From Octopus vulgaris (lineage: Eukaryota): a stretch of 64,000 bases of DNA. Where the stretch lies: NCBI GenBank assembly GCA_951406725.2, contig OX597838.1, positions 42,594,001 to 42,658,000 of the forward strand, in the 5' to 3' direction. Shown in pieces: positions 54,522 to 64,000 of the stretch; the first letter of the stretch is position 1, and the number at the start of each line of letters is the position of its first letter. The notes below the pieces were generated by a model. It worked only from the letters and a program-made list of their open reading frames with translations, ran no database searches and was not told the DNA's origin. The position numbers and the translations under genes were made by a program.

Positions 54522-57500
54522 CTCTGGGTGGTGTTGTAAATTTTGTCACTGACTTTTTCAAAGATGTTGAAATAAACCAAAACCTTACACTTCATGGAAC
54601 AGAATCACAGAAAGAAGCAGAGAGATTGACTGGGGTCCACCACATTCTCTCTTTTAAAGGCTTTCAACAGGGGCACACCTTACTCTCTTCATGTCTATTG
54701 CTTACAGTTTGCATGTATAGTAAAACATAACCAATATTGCTGCAAAGGGGTCAACTTCAATAAAGGCTGTGAATGTGGTGTCCCTTAGGGCTTGTTGGGC
54801 ACAAGTTATTTGGTCAAAGTAAATTTGCAGGTTATTTCCCAAGTGAACAACAAGTGGTTGAAAGCTGAGACATTTCTGTGAATGGAGAAGATGAAAAAAA
54901 AAAGGCCAGAAAGTCTCAATGGTGCTGGTGTCCTTGCAGGAAGTGGGGGACTTCATGACAACTGTTTCATTGTGTCAGAGAAAACACTGAAGGGTCAAAT
55001 CCCTTTGTGTTATATTTGAGGGATTTTTATTGAATTGGAGAACCCAATATTTATTATGATACCTTAACCCTTTTGTTACCCTATTTTTACACAGCTTTTG
55101 TTCAAATTAATTTTGAAAATAATGAAGAATTTAGTGAAATACTTCTATTATTACAAAAGCATTTGGAGCAGATTAACCTGGAATTCTGAAGGAAGGTTTT
55201 AATTTGGTTCACTTCAAAACAGGAAGTTTATACCACTGGTCTCAGGCAGGTTGGTATCAAAACAGCCAAATGTCTTGGTCAAGAGTGGTCAGTAGGGAAG
55301 CACCGTCTCTTGACAATTCCATGCTGTCCAACCAAGATTTAGAAACATCTTTCTTCTGTGTTCTTTTCTGTAGGAGGAATTGCAATTTCCATCCATTTGA
55401 GTTACCTTGATGAAAAATTGTCTTGGAAACGGTTTGCTGTATTTGTTTCCGATGCAAAATGAATTCCTATTGAGAGCACCAAAGGGACAATGAACAATCA
55501 AGGTTTTAACACCATTGATCAACTGTTTCTATCTCTAAAATTTTGGAAGTTCTACAGAGATGTGGAGTGGACTTTGGGGTTGTTTTCTTCTCTTTTTGGG
55601 TGAATTCAGTTGGCCAACCAGACTCAAAAGGTGTGATGCCTGTGGCAAGCTCTCTTTTTCCATGGAGTTGGCAATGGAAATACCATTTGAAACAAATTGC
55701 TTATAAAATGAAAGAAGACTACGTCTGTTGTGACCCTAATCTGAACACATATTCACTAAAGTTGACAAACCACTCAGATTAATTAAAACGAGCTGATATA
55801 TCAATTTCAGTAGCTGACATTCATGCAAACATAATTAGTAACAGCTTTAGATAAATCAAGATTTCTACTAAAACTATTTTTTGCTACTTGACTTGAAGAG
55901 GGAGAGAGGCAGGATGAGCAGAAGAGGTGAAAGAAATGTTGATGGTAGGGAGAAAGAGAAATATACAGAATAGAAAGAGTATGGAACTAAAGAAGAGAAA
56001 AAAAAGGTAACATATATAAGAAAGAAAGAGAGAGAGGCAGGAGGAAAGCAATAAAACCTTGATAATAACAAAAAGGTGAGAGACAGAAGTTAAAAATAGA
56101 GAAATTGATAGAAGAGGGAGAATAGTAAAACACAAATTTTCAACACTGTGGTAGCAGCAGAGAACCAGGCAATAGTTACATACAAAAGAAGGGGATGAGA
56201 AGATGGAGAAACACATTCAAACTTTCTCGAATGTTTCGAAAGTTGAATTGTTAAATTTTATTTATGTTATGAGTAAACAAAGACTGATAAATAGTTATAT
56301 TTCTAACAGTGTTTCATGCAAAGTAGCACTTGAGTGCTTTTTCCCACTCAAAGGGTAAACAGTAATACACTAAGGCATAGGTTTGATTCCAGCAGGAATC
56401 TTGCATTATATTTCACATTTGTAGATGGATCAGATTGGAGCCTGGTGCAGCCATCTGGTTCACCAGTCCTCAGTTAAATCGTGCAACCCATGACAGCATG
56501 GAAGGCGGACGTTAAACGATGATGATGATGATGATGTATGAATTTTATATCTGCACAAACACACAAGTATGGCTATGTGGTTAAGAAGTTTACTTCTCAA
56601 CCAAGCAGCTTCAGGTTCAGTCCCACTACACAGCACCTTGGACAAGCACCTGCTACAATAGCCCCAGGCCTGTCATTACCTTGTGAGGGAATCTGAAAGA
56701 AACCCATCCTATGGATGCATGTGTTTGTGTGTACGTGAGCGTATCCGTGCGAATGTTAACAGCCCATGCGGAGCAATGGCTACAAATGGTGATGTGGCTA
56801 TTTACAGGATGCAACAAGCGACATCTGTTGACATTTTTTGCCAACAAATCATCAACTTGCTTTGCACTTTTGAATTCCTCGCTTAAAAAACAGGTAAGGG
56901 TCGGTAAAAAGGAAAGCATTCAGCCATTGAAATTCTGCCTTGACCACTTCTTGTTGAAGTCAATTGAGAGATGGAGACTGAAGAATCCTGTTGTGTGTAA
57001 ATATGTCTGAGTGTGGGGGTGGGGGATGAAGGAATTCATATTTCTCTTCGTGCTCAGGTGTGTTTGCTGATCATGAACAGCCTCACTAAATAGGGAGTCC
57101 TTTACTTGCAGCAGTCAACTGCAAAGGTAAGTCTAAGCCTCTTAATGTGTTGTTGATCTTTATAAAAGCAAAAACAAAACAAACAAAAAAAAAGCCTTAT
57201 TTACATTTGATGGATTTTTGTCCTCATCTTGTTTGTTGTTAACACGTTTCAGCTGATACAACCTCCAGCCTTCATCAGGTGTCTTGGGGAAATTTCGAAC
57301 CTGGGTTCTCATTCCTAAGGTATTTTTCGATGTTATCATCATCATCATTATTATCATTATAATTATTATTCAGTTCACTGCCTGGAATCGAACTGGGAAT
57401 CTTGGGGGTTAGTAGCCCGTGCTCTTAACCACTACGCCATACGTTGTTTCTTTCTAATTCTCCACACAACACTGTCTGGACCGTTGTCTTATTCCAAAGA

Positions 57501-58825
57501 CTGGGAGGAGTTTATTAGCTCGATTGGAAACAGGTGAGAGTTGATGACAGGAAAGGAATGCAGCCAGAGAAAATCTTCCTCAATGAATTCCCAGCCCCAT
57601 GCAAGAAGGAGAAAAGTGGATGTTGAAACAATGAAGATATACATTTTAACCAGAAAGGAGTTGAATGCAGTTTTAAACCCTTTTAATGCTGAAATAAGAT
57701 GTATCTCTCCTTTCAAAATTTTATTATTATTAACTGCAGAAAGCAGTTTTACTCCATGGCTTTGGAAAGAAATCTCTCTTTATGCTGCAAAAGACAGAGA
57801 CCTCACAGTCACTTCCAAATATAGTATTGACTCTCACCAACCAAGTATGTGCTGCCATCTATGAAGTAAGACTGCAACTACTAATCTTGTCTATGTTGAC
57901 ATCACCAGAGCTAAGTTTCTTCATATTTTCAGAACCATTGTCATTCGATTTAACAACCACTTTTCATGCTTGCATGGATCAAATTGAATATATTGAGGCA
58001 GAATTTCTACAGCCCTTCTTGTTGCCAAAAAGGTAATATTTCATCATGGCCAGACATGTTCTCCCAGTATATTGGAAATTAACGACACTGCTTGCGTGAC
58101 AGTGAAACTCATTTACAACTATCACATATTGTCAAAACAAGGACACAAACATACACACATGCATATATATAGAGAGAGATCTAAATATAAATTACTTTAC
58201 TTATGTAGTAAGTTTAATTTATTAGTGGGGATCTAGTTGGGAGTATTTATTTGATATATATTTGGTATAAGTGATATTGTAGCTTATGTTTTGTGGTGGT
58301 GTTTTGTATGTAAATCAATACGAGTTTGTATTAAATATTTAGAATTAGATTTATTTTAGATGTTTATTTAATTAATAAATATAATTTAATTAATGAATAT
58401 TAATTGCATTATAGTTTTTTTAGATTAACTTAAATATATTAAATGAGTTGTTAGAAAATTGAGACCGATTGAATAAATACTGTCTTTTTACTTATTATAT
58501 ATATTGTTTGTTCATTTTTTTGTACTTTTTGTGATCTAGTTATATGTTTTATAATATATTTTATTTTTTCTTTATGATTTGGTTTATGTCTATCATTATT
58601 TGAATTACATAATAGTGGTTTTTCTCTAATTTTTATATATATATATATATATACAGGCGCAGGAGTGGCTGTGTGGTAATTAGGTTGCTTACCAACCACA
58701 TGGTTTCGGATTCATTCCCACTGCGTGGCACCTTGGGCAAGTGTCTTCTACTATAGCCTCGGGCCGACCAAAGCCTTGTGAGTGGATTTGGTAGACAGAA
58801 ACTGAAAGAAGCCCGTCGTATATAT

Positions 58826-58857
<32 letters not shown>

Positions 58858-59618
58858 CGGTGTGTTTACCTGTTTGTCTTTCGCCCCCTCCCCAACATCG
58901 CTTGACAACCGATGGTTGTGTGTTTACGTCCCCGTTACTTAGCGGTTTGGCAAAAGAGACCGATAGAATAAGTACTAGGCTTCCAAAAAATAAGTCCTGG
59001 GGTCGATGTGCTCGACCAAAGGCGGTGCTCCAGCATGGCCATAGTCAAATGACTGAAACAAGTAAAAGAGTAAAAGAGTAAAGAGATATGAGGGGAAGTC
59101 GGTAATTACCTGCACTTTCACCATAACATATCATTATTATTGTCTCCCTGCCTTCTACGCCTGCAAGCTTATTACTGTTGGTATTACTGTGGTCACTTGA
59201 TCGCAGTTTGAGCCTCATCACACCATTTTTCTTTCTGGTTTTACAGTGCAAGCACGGCCACTCCACTAGCAATGGGCACCAAAGAAGAACAAAGAGCAGT
59301 AATCCAAGAGATGGTCATGGGGAACCGGTTCCCCATTGACATCTCTTAAGCTTGCTGAATCTTCTTGTCAGTGGTGGAGGTTGACAGACGTCCTGCTTCC
59401 TCTTCATGCATCATGCTTCTCCGGCCACTTGTAAACTTCTCAATCTACTCATACACACTTCTACGGGGTAGGGTACTGTCCCCATACCGTACCAAAAGCC
59501 TCTGATGAATTTCAGCCCCTGACACACCATTTGACCAAAGATATCAGATTGTTGTTCTTTGGTGCACAATAATAAAGATAGGCTATGGTGGAGTTGCAGA
59601 TAATTTTCAACTTCTCCT

Positions 59619-59664
<46 letters not shown>

Positions 59665-61128
59665 TCTAAAGAAAAATCCTAATTCTTTCTTCAATAAGAC
59701 ATTCCTCACAATATACACACCCATCAATTTTTAATTCCATTTATTCCATTTCTCCATTCATTAATTTAGAGATGTTCGTTTCCGGAGCGTTTATACTTTT
59801 TATACATATGTTAAGTTCCTTGGTAAAGTAATTTTGTTTGGTGTATATGTTGAGGCTTATATGTACTTGTGGGTGTGTGTGGGTGGGGTGGGTGTTTGTA
59901 TTTGTTATGGGTGTGGTTTACGTGTGTGTTTTTGTGTGTGAATGTATAGGTTAAAGGGATTGCTATATAAGTATGTTATAGTGTTTAGTAAAGGGAGGTT
60001 TTATCATTTCTGTTTTGTGAGTTTTAGCTTATCATGGTAGTTTTATAGAAGAATCCATTCATAATTTTTGTGTTTATTTGTCTGTGTGGGGTTGAGTGGG
60101 TTTTTGGAGTATATGTTGAGGTTTATATGTATGTATTGGTATGTGTAAGTGGTGTGGGTATTTGTATATGTCGTGGGTGTGTGGTTTACGTGTGTGTATT
60201 TGTGTGTGAATGTTTAGGTTAGGGGGATTGCTATATAGGTATGTTATAGAGTTTAGTAAAGGGAGATTTTATCATTATATGTTTTTGTGAGTTTTGGTTT
60301 ATCATGGTAGGTTTGTTAAGGAATTCGTAGTAATTTGTGTATATTTGCGATGTCTGTTGTTTTATTGCATTGTTTCATTCATAATTTTTAAGTAGTGTTC
60401 GTTTTACCAAGTGAATATAATTTTTAATTCCATTTATTCCATTTCTCCGTTCATAATTTTGAGTGATGTCCGTTTTCTAGAGCGTGAATGTGGGTTGTAT
60501 GTGTGTGTGTGTGTGGGAGTATGAATAAGTATTGTGTTGAAGTATTTAGCTATTTTATTTATTTTTAGTTGCCTAGACGTTTTTATGTGTATGTATAGGG
60601 ATATATATATAGGTGTGTGATTTAGTGTATGTAGTTTGATATGGTTATATATAATTAGGTATATGTGTATGGGTGTATATATAGTTTATTATTATATTAT
60701 TATTATTTTTTTGTTTTGTTTTATATTTTATATTTTATATTTAATTGTTGATAGGTTTATTTTAGTTTATATATTGTTTATATATTGATTATATATGGAT
60801 TATATATAGGTTATATATGGATTATATATTTATATTTTTTCATTCATACTTTAATTATTTTAAAATTATTATTTGTATATTTTAAAATATTGATATTTTA
60901 GATTGAAGTCCACCTGAAGATTGTCGATCAAGACAAGAAACGATTGTAGTGGCGGTTTTTTTGACTATTTATTAAAATTTTATGTATTGATTAAGTCTTT
61001 CCTTGTTTGTTTTGCAAAATAGTGGTTTTGTCTCTAATAATATTTTATAATATTTTACTATAAAATTGGATTTAATCCTAAATCTGATTTTTTTCCCTGT
61101 AAATTTGGATTTATTCCCTAATATTTAT

Positions 61129-61198
<70 letters not shown>

Positions 61199-61259
61199 GT
61201 ATGTATGTATATATATATATATATATATACACACACATGTATGTATGTATGTATGTATG

Positions 61260-61298
<39 letters not shown>

Positions 61299-63063
61299 AA
61301 ATATTAGGGAATAAATCCAAACTTACAGGGAAAAATCAGATTTATCTTTTTTTAATAATTTTGATATATATTTAAAATAATATAAATTAATCAATCTTAT
61401 GTATTGGCTTAAGTTTTTCATTGTATGATTTGCCTAATAGTGGTTTTATCTCTAATTTAATATAATATATATATATATATACATGCATGTATATGTATGT
61501 ACATACACATGATGGGCTTCTTTCAGTTTCCATCTACCAAATCCACTCACAAGGCTTCAGTCAGCCTAGGACTATAGCAGCAGACACTTGCCCAAGGTGC
61601 CACACAGTGGTGCAAAGCCTAAGATCATTTGGTTGGGAAACCACACAGCCATACTTGGGAGTGACTCAGCATTCTAGTATTATTCCCCCATGTTATATTT
61701 ATCAGATATATATATATTAATGTAATACTGATCATATTGTATCACAATGCCACCTGTAGAAGCCTTTAAATACAAGAAACATTGTCAAAAGAGTCAGCCA
61801 TGTTCCACAAGTCTATTTTTTCTTGTGTCTCCATGATGGATGGTTTCACCATTCCCTAACATTTATCAAAGAGTAAACAGTCTCAGACATGTTCTGTAGA
61901 AATCTTTACAACACTTGAAACTAGCTTTTGTAGAGGTAGTCTTTTACTTGTTTCAATCACTGGACTTGCGGCCATGCTGGAGCACTTCTTTGTAAGTGTT
62001 GTACAAGGAAACTGTATACTCCTCCCGGTAAAAAGTGGTAGGAGTCAGCCCTTATAAATATACTAGTAGCCAGTCATCAAGAGAGGGTCGAGAGTTGAAG
62101 TGTTGAGAGTTGACAGTTGTAGTCAGTGTCTGTGGAGCTCTCAGCAATAGCAAGACAGAAGGAATTAGTGTATTACTATTCCGGTACGAAGAGATACAAC
62201 GGTATCCAATGACTAGTAACTATCGTGTCTACCAGCATAAAACAGCAATTACAGTACAACGGCAGTCACACATGGCACAAGTGGGAGGAACCCACTTCAC
62301 AACAGTCACACATGGCACCAGTGGGAGGAACCCACTTCACAACAGTCAATCCAGTTAGTACCAGGAGTTAGTTCTTGAAGCCTGCTATTTGTTCTATCAG
62401 TCTGTGTTTTTTGCTGAATTGGTAAGTTACAGGATGTAAACAAACCAACACTGGCTGTCAAGCAATGGAAGGACAAACACTAACACATGCCAACACACAC
62501 ACACACATACATTATATATGTACATATATTGTAAAAGCTATGATCAATAAAAAAGAAAACAGCGAAGGGAGAAGCTTTAAGAGGTTTGGCCTTAAGTAAA
62601 ATGCTTTAATGGGAAGAAAGAAAAAAAGCATGTGGGGGGAGGGAGGAGATAGAAAGCGGAATAATCACAGGGGGAGGAGGAAAAAATCAGCAGTTACCAT
62701 GTCCCAAATTCATTGACAAGGCATTGCCAAGCACTGAGTTTGAACCCAAGACCATGTAGGTTGCAAAGTGAATTTTGCCATGGTCATTATGAAGCAACGT
62801 GGCTCACAGAAAATACCAATGCTAGTTTTTGGTGGATAATTAATATTTTGACAAGGACAACCAAGAAATTTAATTGCAAAGACAAAGGATCAAAAGACTC
62901 ACCCATCAGCTGGAATGTCCCTTAATTGCAGACCCAGTTTAACGACCTGGTTAGAGAAACTGGGGTAGTTTTCATCATCAGCCAAGTAAGATTCCATCTT
63001 GCGCTCTTGTCGGTCACCACCGCAGTTCCTTGCAGGGCTTTTGTCATCCCGTTTTCGGGCCAT
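24185..63063 (-). CDS. OTUD3: OTU domain-containing protein 3-like deubiquitinase, spliced model join(63063-62903,34512-34364,32717-32605,31816-31694,28215-28075,25871-25772,24718-24423,24208-24185), about 368 aa
   Basis: Exons join in frame through GT-AG introns (1107 nt including stop). Translation gives [26 protein letters not shown]...DFAPFVED...[13 protein letters not shown]...IVIHQLN...[11 protein letters not shown], then ATGCQD...[10 protein letters not shown] (UBA-like) and [13 protein letters not shown], all matching OTUD3 as I recall it. First and last exons are less certain. Confidence 0.93.
24423..24718 (-). CDS. OTUD3: OTUD3 exon 7 ([13 protein letters not shown] plus Ser-rich tail)
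   Basis: Acceptor TTATTTCAG in phase 1; candidate donor AGG|GTGCGT at 24422, or read-through to TAG at 24408. Confidence 0.82.
25772..25871 (-). CDS. OTUD3: OTUD3 exon 6 ([36 protein letters not shown]-like)
   Basis: Acceptor CATTGCAG, donor GTTAAT, 100 nt. Confidence 0.88.
28075..28215 (-). CDS. OTUD3: OTUD3 exon 5 (IFSDDK...[11 protein letters not shown])
   Basis: Acceptor TTCTTCTTCCAG, weak donor GTTCAT, 141 nt; ATGC motif starts the UBA-like domain. Confidence 0.85.
31694..31816 (-). CDS. OTUD3: OTUD3 exon 4 (catalytic His; IQGSKD...[30 protein letters not shown])
   Basis: Acceptor TTTCCAG, donor GTAGGC, 123 nt, phase 0/0. Confidence 0.95.
32605..32717 (-). CDS. OTUD3: OTUD3 exon 3 ([37 protein letters not shown])
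   Basis: Acceptor CTTTACAG, donor GTAAGT, 113 nt. Confidence 0.95.
33010..33240 (+). mobile_element. Dong/R4-clade LINE 3' fragment in (AAT)n
   Basis: [18 protein letters not shown]-terminal motif; flanked by AAT repeats. Confidence 0.7.
33285..33390. repeat. (AGT)n(GGT)n(AGT)n(GTT)n compound trinucleotide repeat
   Basis: Directly visible. Confidence 0.95.
34364..34512 (-). CDS. OTUD3: OTUD3 exon 2 (catalytic Cys; [14 protein letters not shown]...FEHY)
   Basis: Acceptor TGTTGCAG, donor GTAAGT, 149 nt, phases 2/1 fit the neighbours. Confidence 0.95.
36283..36443. repeat. 42-bp near-perfect inverted repeat (hairpin)
   Basis: 36283-36324 vs 36402-36443, one mismatch. Confidence 0.9.
37780..38700 (+). 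mobile_element. Dong/R4-clade LINE 3' fragment (CCHC and restriction-like endonuclease region)
   Basis: KCRM...[14 protein letters not shown]...[10 protein letters not shown]...KE...[13 protein letters not shown]; ends in long (AAT)n. Confidence 0.8.
38930..39270 (+). mobile_element. Second Dong/R4-type 3' fragment
   Basis: [20 protein letters not shown]...IPVVIGAVG motif, (AAT)n tail. Confidence 0.7.
44965..45106. mobile_element. hAT-type MITE
   Basis: 8-bp direct repeat GGTGTACA at 44957-44964 and 45107-45114; CAGTGTAGCTAG-like terminus. Confidence 0.5.
47280..47765 (+). mobile_element. AT-rich non-autonomous Penelope/retrozyme-like foldback element containing a hammerhead
   Basis: About 90-bp inverted arms (47355-47440 and 47671-47765) enclose the ribozyme; ends abut (TA)n. 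Confidence 0.6.
47498..47595 (+). ncRNA. Type I hammerhead ribozyme, intact core
   Basis: TAAC CTGATGA GTGGCTATATTTA...TAAATATAGCCAT GAAAC ACGT GTC GTTA: stem I, 13-bp stem II, minimal palindromic stem III, GUC cleavage triplet ending 47591. Confidence 0.85.
48950..49870 (-). mobile_element. Penelope-like retroelement remnant (GIY-YIG endonuclease and upstream linker)
   Basis: Minus frame PVVYEAG...[17 protein letters not shown]...FFR (GIY-YIG pattern, about 49085-49220) and [16 protein letters not shown] linker; stops and frameshifts. Confidence 0.55.
50487..50755. repeat. Minisatellite: 6 copies of AAGTACACGTGTATACACATAA separated by (AC)n
   Basis: Copies start at 50507, 50547, 50589, 50631, 50673, 50717. 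Confidence 0.95.
52270..54178 (-). mobile_element. piggyBac (PGBD4-like) transposase pseudogene
   Basis: [15 protein letters not shown]...[18 protein letters not shown]...[21 protein letters not shown]...YW; right terminus GGG-TTAA at about 54172-54178. Confidence 0.88.
55064..55215 (+). mobile_element. TTAA-CCC (piggyBac-like) MITE family; related copies at about 27790-27953, 30440-30605, 36480-36705
   Basis: TTAACCCTTTTGTTACC terminus and recurring TTTTGAAAATAATGAAGAATTTAG body. Confidence 0.5.
57195..57442 (-). mobile_element. tRNA-headed SINE-like element carrying a degenerate hammerhead motif
   Basis: Minus strand: A box TGGCGTAGTGG (57439-57429), B box GTTCGATTCC (57393-57384), (AAT/GAT)n linker, then ACAC CTGATGAA GGCTGG...TCAGCT GAAAC GTGT (57282-57242). 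Confidence 0.7.
58655..59085 (+). mobile_element. tRNA-derived SINE family B, near full length (other copies at about 3975, 9770, 22430, 27270, 29985, 31410, 34675, 42985, 46345, 61505)
   Basis: GGCGCAGGAGTGGCTGTGTGG head, CCTTGGGCAAGTGTCTT core, internal microsatellite, (GTAAAAGA)n tail; recurs in both orientations. Confidence 0.85.
59240..59620. mobile_element. Mariner 5' fragments
   Basis: TKEEQRAVI (plus) and CTKEQQS... (minus) mariner N-terminal HTH remnants. Confidence 0.5.
59660..61460 (+). mobile_element. GT/AT-rich non-coding Penelope/retrozyme-like element(s) with internal duplications and a hammerhead
   Basis: Internal direct repeats (about 59840-60045 vs 60110-60310; 59725-59790 vs 60418-60485), hammerhead at 60910, terminal motif AATAGTGGTTTT.TCTCTAAT shared with 58608 and 61436. 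Confidence 0.5.
60910..60952 (+). ncRNA. Minimal type I hammerhead ribozyme, intact core
   Basis: CCAC CTGAAGA TTGTC gatcaa GACAA GAAAC gatt GTA GTGG. Confidence 0.8.
61997..62344 (+). mobile_element. Candidate solo LTR inserted in a SINE
   Basis: TGTTGT...ACAACA termini, TATAAATA box, interrupts a family B SINE; 40-bp tandem duplication at the 3' end; no clean TSD. Confidence 0.45.
62903..63063 (-). CDS. OTUD3: OTUD3 coding exon 1 (MARKRDD...LRDIPADG); may extend 5' to 63595
   Basis: ATG at 63063-63061; donor GG|GTGAGT at 62902; [20 protein letters not shown] is the OTU N-terminal motif. Confidence 0.9.
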
Positions 63064-63906
63064 AATGGACAGAGGTTTCCAGCAACCACTTGACCAGCCG
63101 GGGCTTGTCACACTCTCGCTGCTGGTGGTGATGGTGGTGGTCGTGGTGGTGACACTGCTGCTGGCAATGCTATCGGTGGAAGTGGAGACGGAGGGGGAGG
63201 AGTTAGTTTTGTTCTTCTTGGAGGTGAGGGGCCCTTGGTTATTGCTGGCTTTGTTACTGTCGCGGTGGGGGTTGTTGGTCCCAGCAGCCACACACGTCAA
63301 GCTGTGCTGGCTCCACTTGGCTCCACCACCTATGCTCAGATCAGGGGGTGGCGGTGGGGGGTGAGATGGGGGTGGATGCCGCTTAGGCGGCTTCTTTTTG
63401 GACAACTGCTGCTGCTGTTGCTGCTGTTGTTGTTGTTGCTGCTGTTTCAATGACTTGTTGCTCTTGTGCTTACTGTTGCTCTCTGTGGCACTGACCAATG
63501 GACTGTCGCTGTCTCCAGCAGCGGTGGCGGTGATGCTACTGTCACTCTGGCTACCAGTTCCTGTACTTGTTGTTGTCGTAGTCGTGGAAGAATTGCTGTT
63601 GGAGAGAGAAAGAGAGAGAGAGGGAGAATGAGTTGGAGTTTATTGTAATTTGGGAAACAACCACAAAATATAAATGGTGGTGGCCATGGCAGCGGCAGCA
63701 CTGTGATGATGATGATGATGATTGTAGTGATGATTGAGTTGGCAGTTAACTGAATTGAAAACAAGAAGGAAAAAAGAATAAAGAGCAAAAGCTCTCAAAT
63801 TCTGGTGGTGGTGGTCATGGTGGTAAGAGAAAAGTAGAAATGTAAATTGTGATGCTGGAGCAGAGCCAGGCTAAGGCACCATCTTGAAGGATTTTAGTCC
63901 ATTGCC

Positions 63907-63948
<42 letters not shown>

Positions 63949-64000
63949 AAAAATTGATTTAAAAAAAATAAACACATATGACAGGTGCAAGTGTGGCTGT

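Noticed and set aside
57372-57442. Functional tRNA gene
   Set aside because: No paired acceptor stem or Pol III terminator; it continues into a repeat body, so it is a SINE head.

Overview
AT-rich, microsatellite- and SINE-dense animal genomic DNA. The repeat families and (AC)n/(AT)n/(AAT)n load suggest an octopus (inference). The one clearly identifiable host gene is an OTUD3-like deubiquitinase on the minus strand: 7 well-supported coding exons plus a probable short terminal exon, from ATG 63063 to about 24185, with a 28.4-kb first intron. Possible 5' exons of a second minus-strand gene lie at 1220-3230. The rest is mostly decayed transposons: hAT, two mariners, Gypsy, piggyBac, L1/Tx1, RTE, Dong/R4, a Penelope GIY-YIG remnant and many tRNA-derived SINEs. 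The most interesting signal is a set of type I hammerhead ribozyme motifs. Three have intact cores (3488-3577 minus, 47498-47595 plus, 60910-60952 plus) and three are degenerate. Two of the intact ones sit in AT-rich non-autonomous Penelope/retrozyme-like elements, and one degenerate copy is fused to a tRNA-derived Pol III head. All calls were made by eye; no database searches or folding were run.
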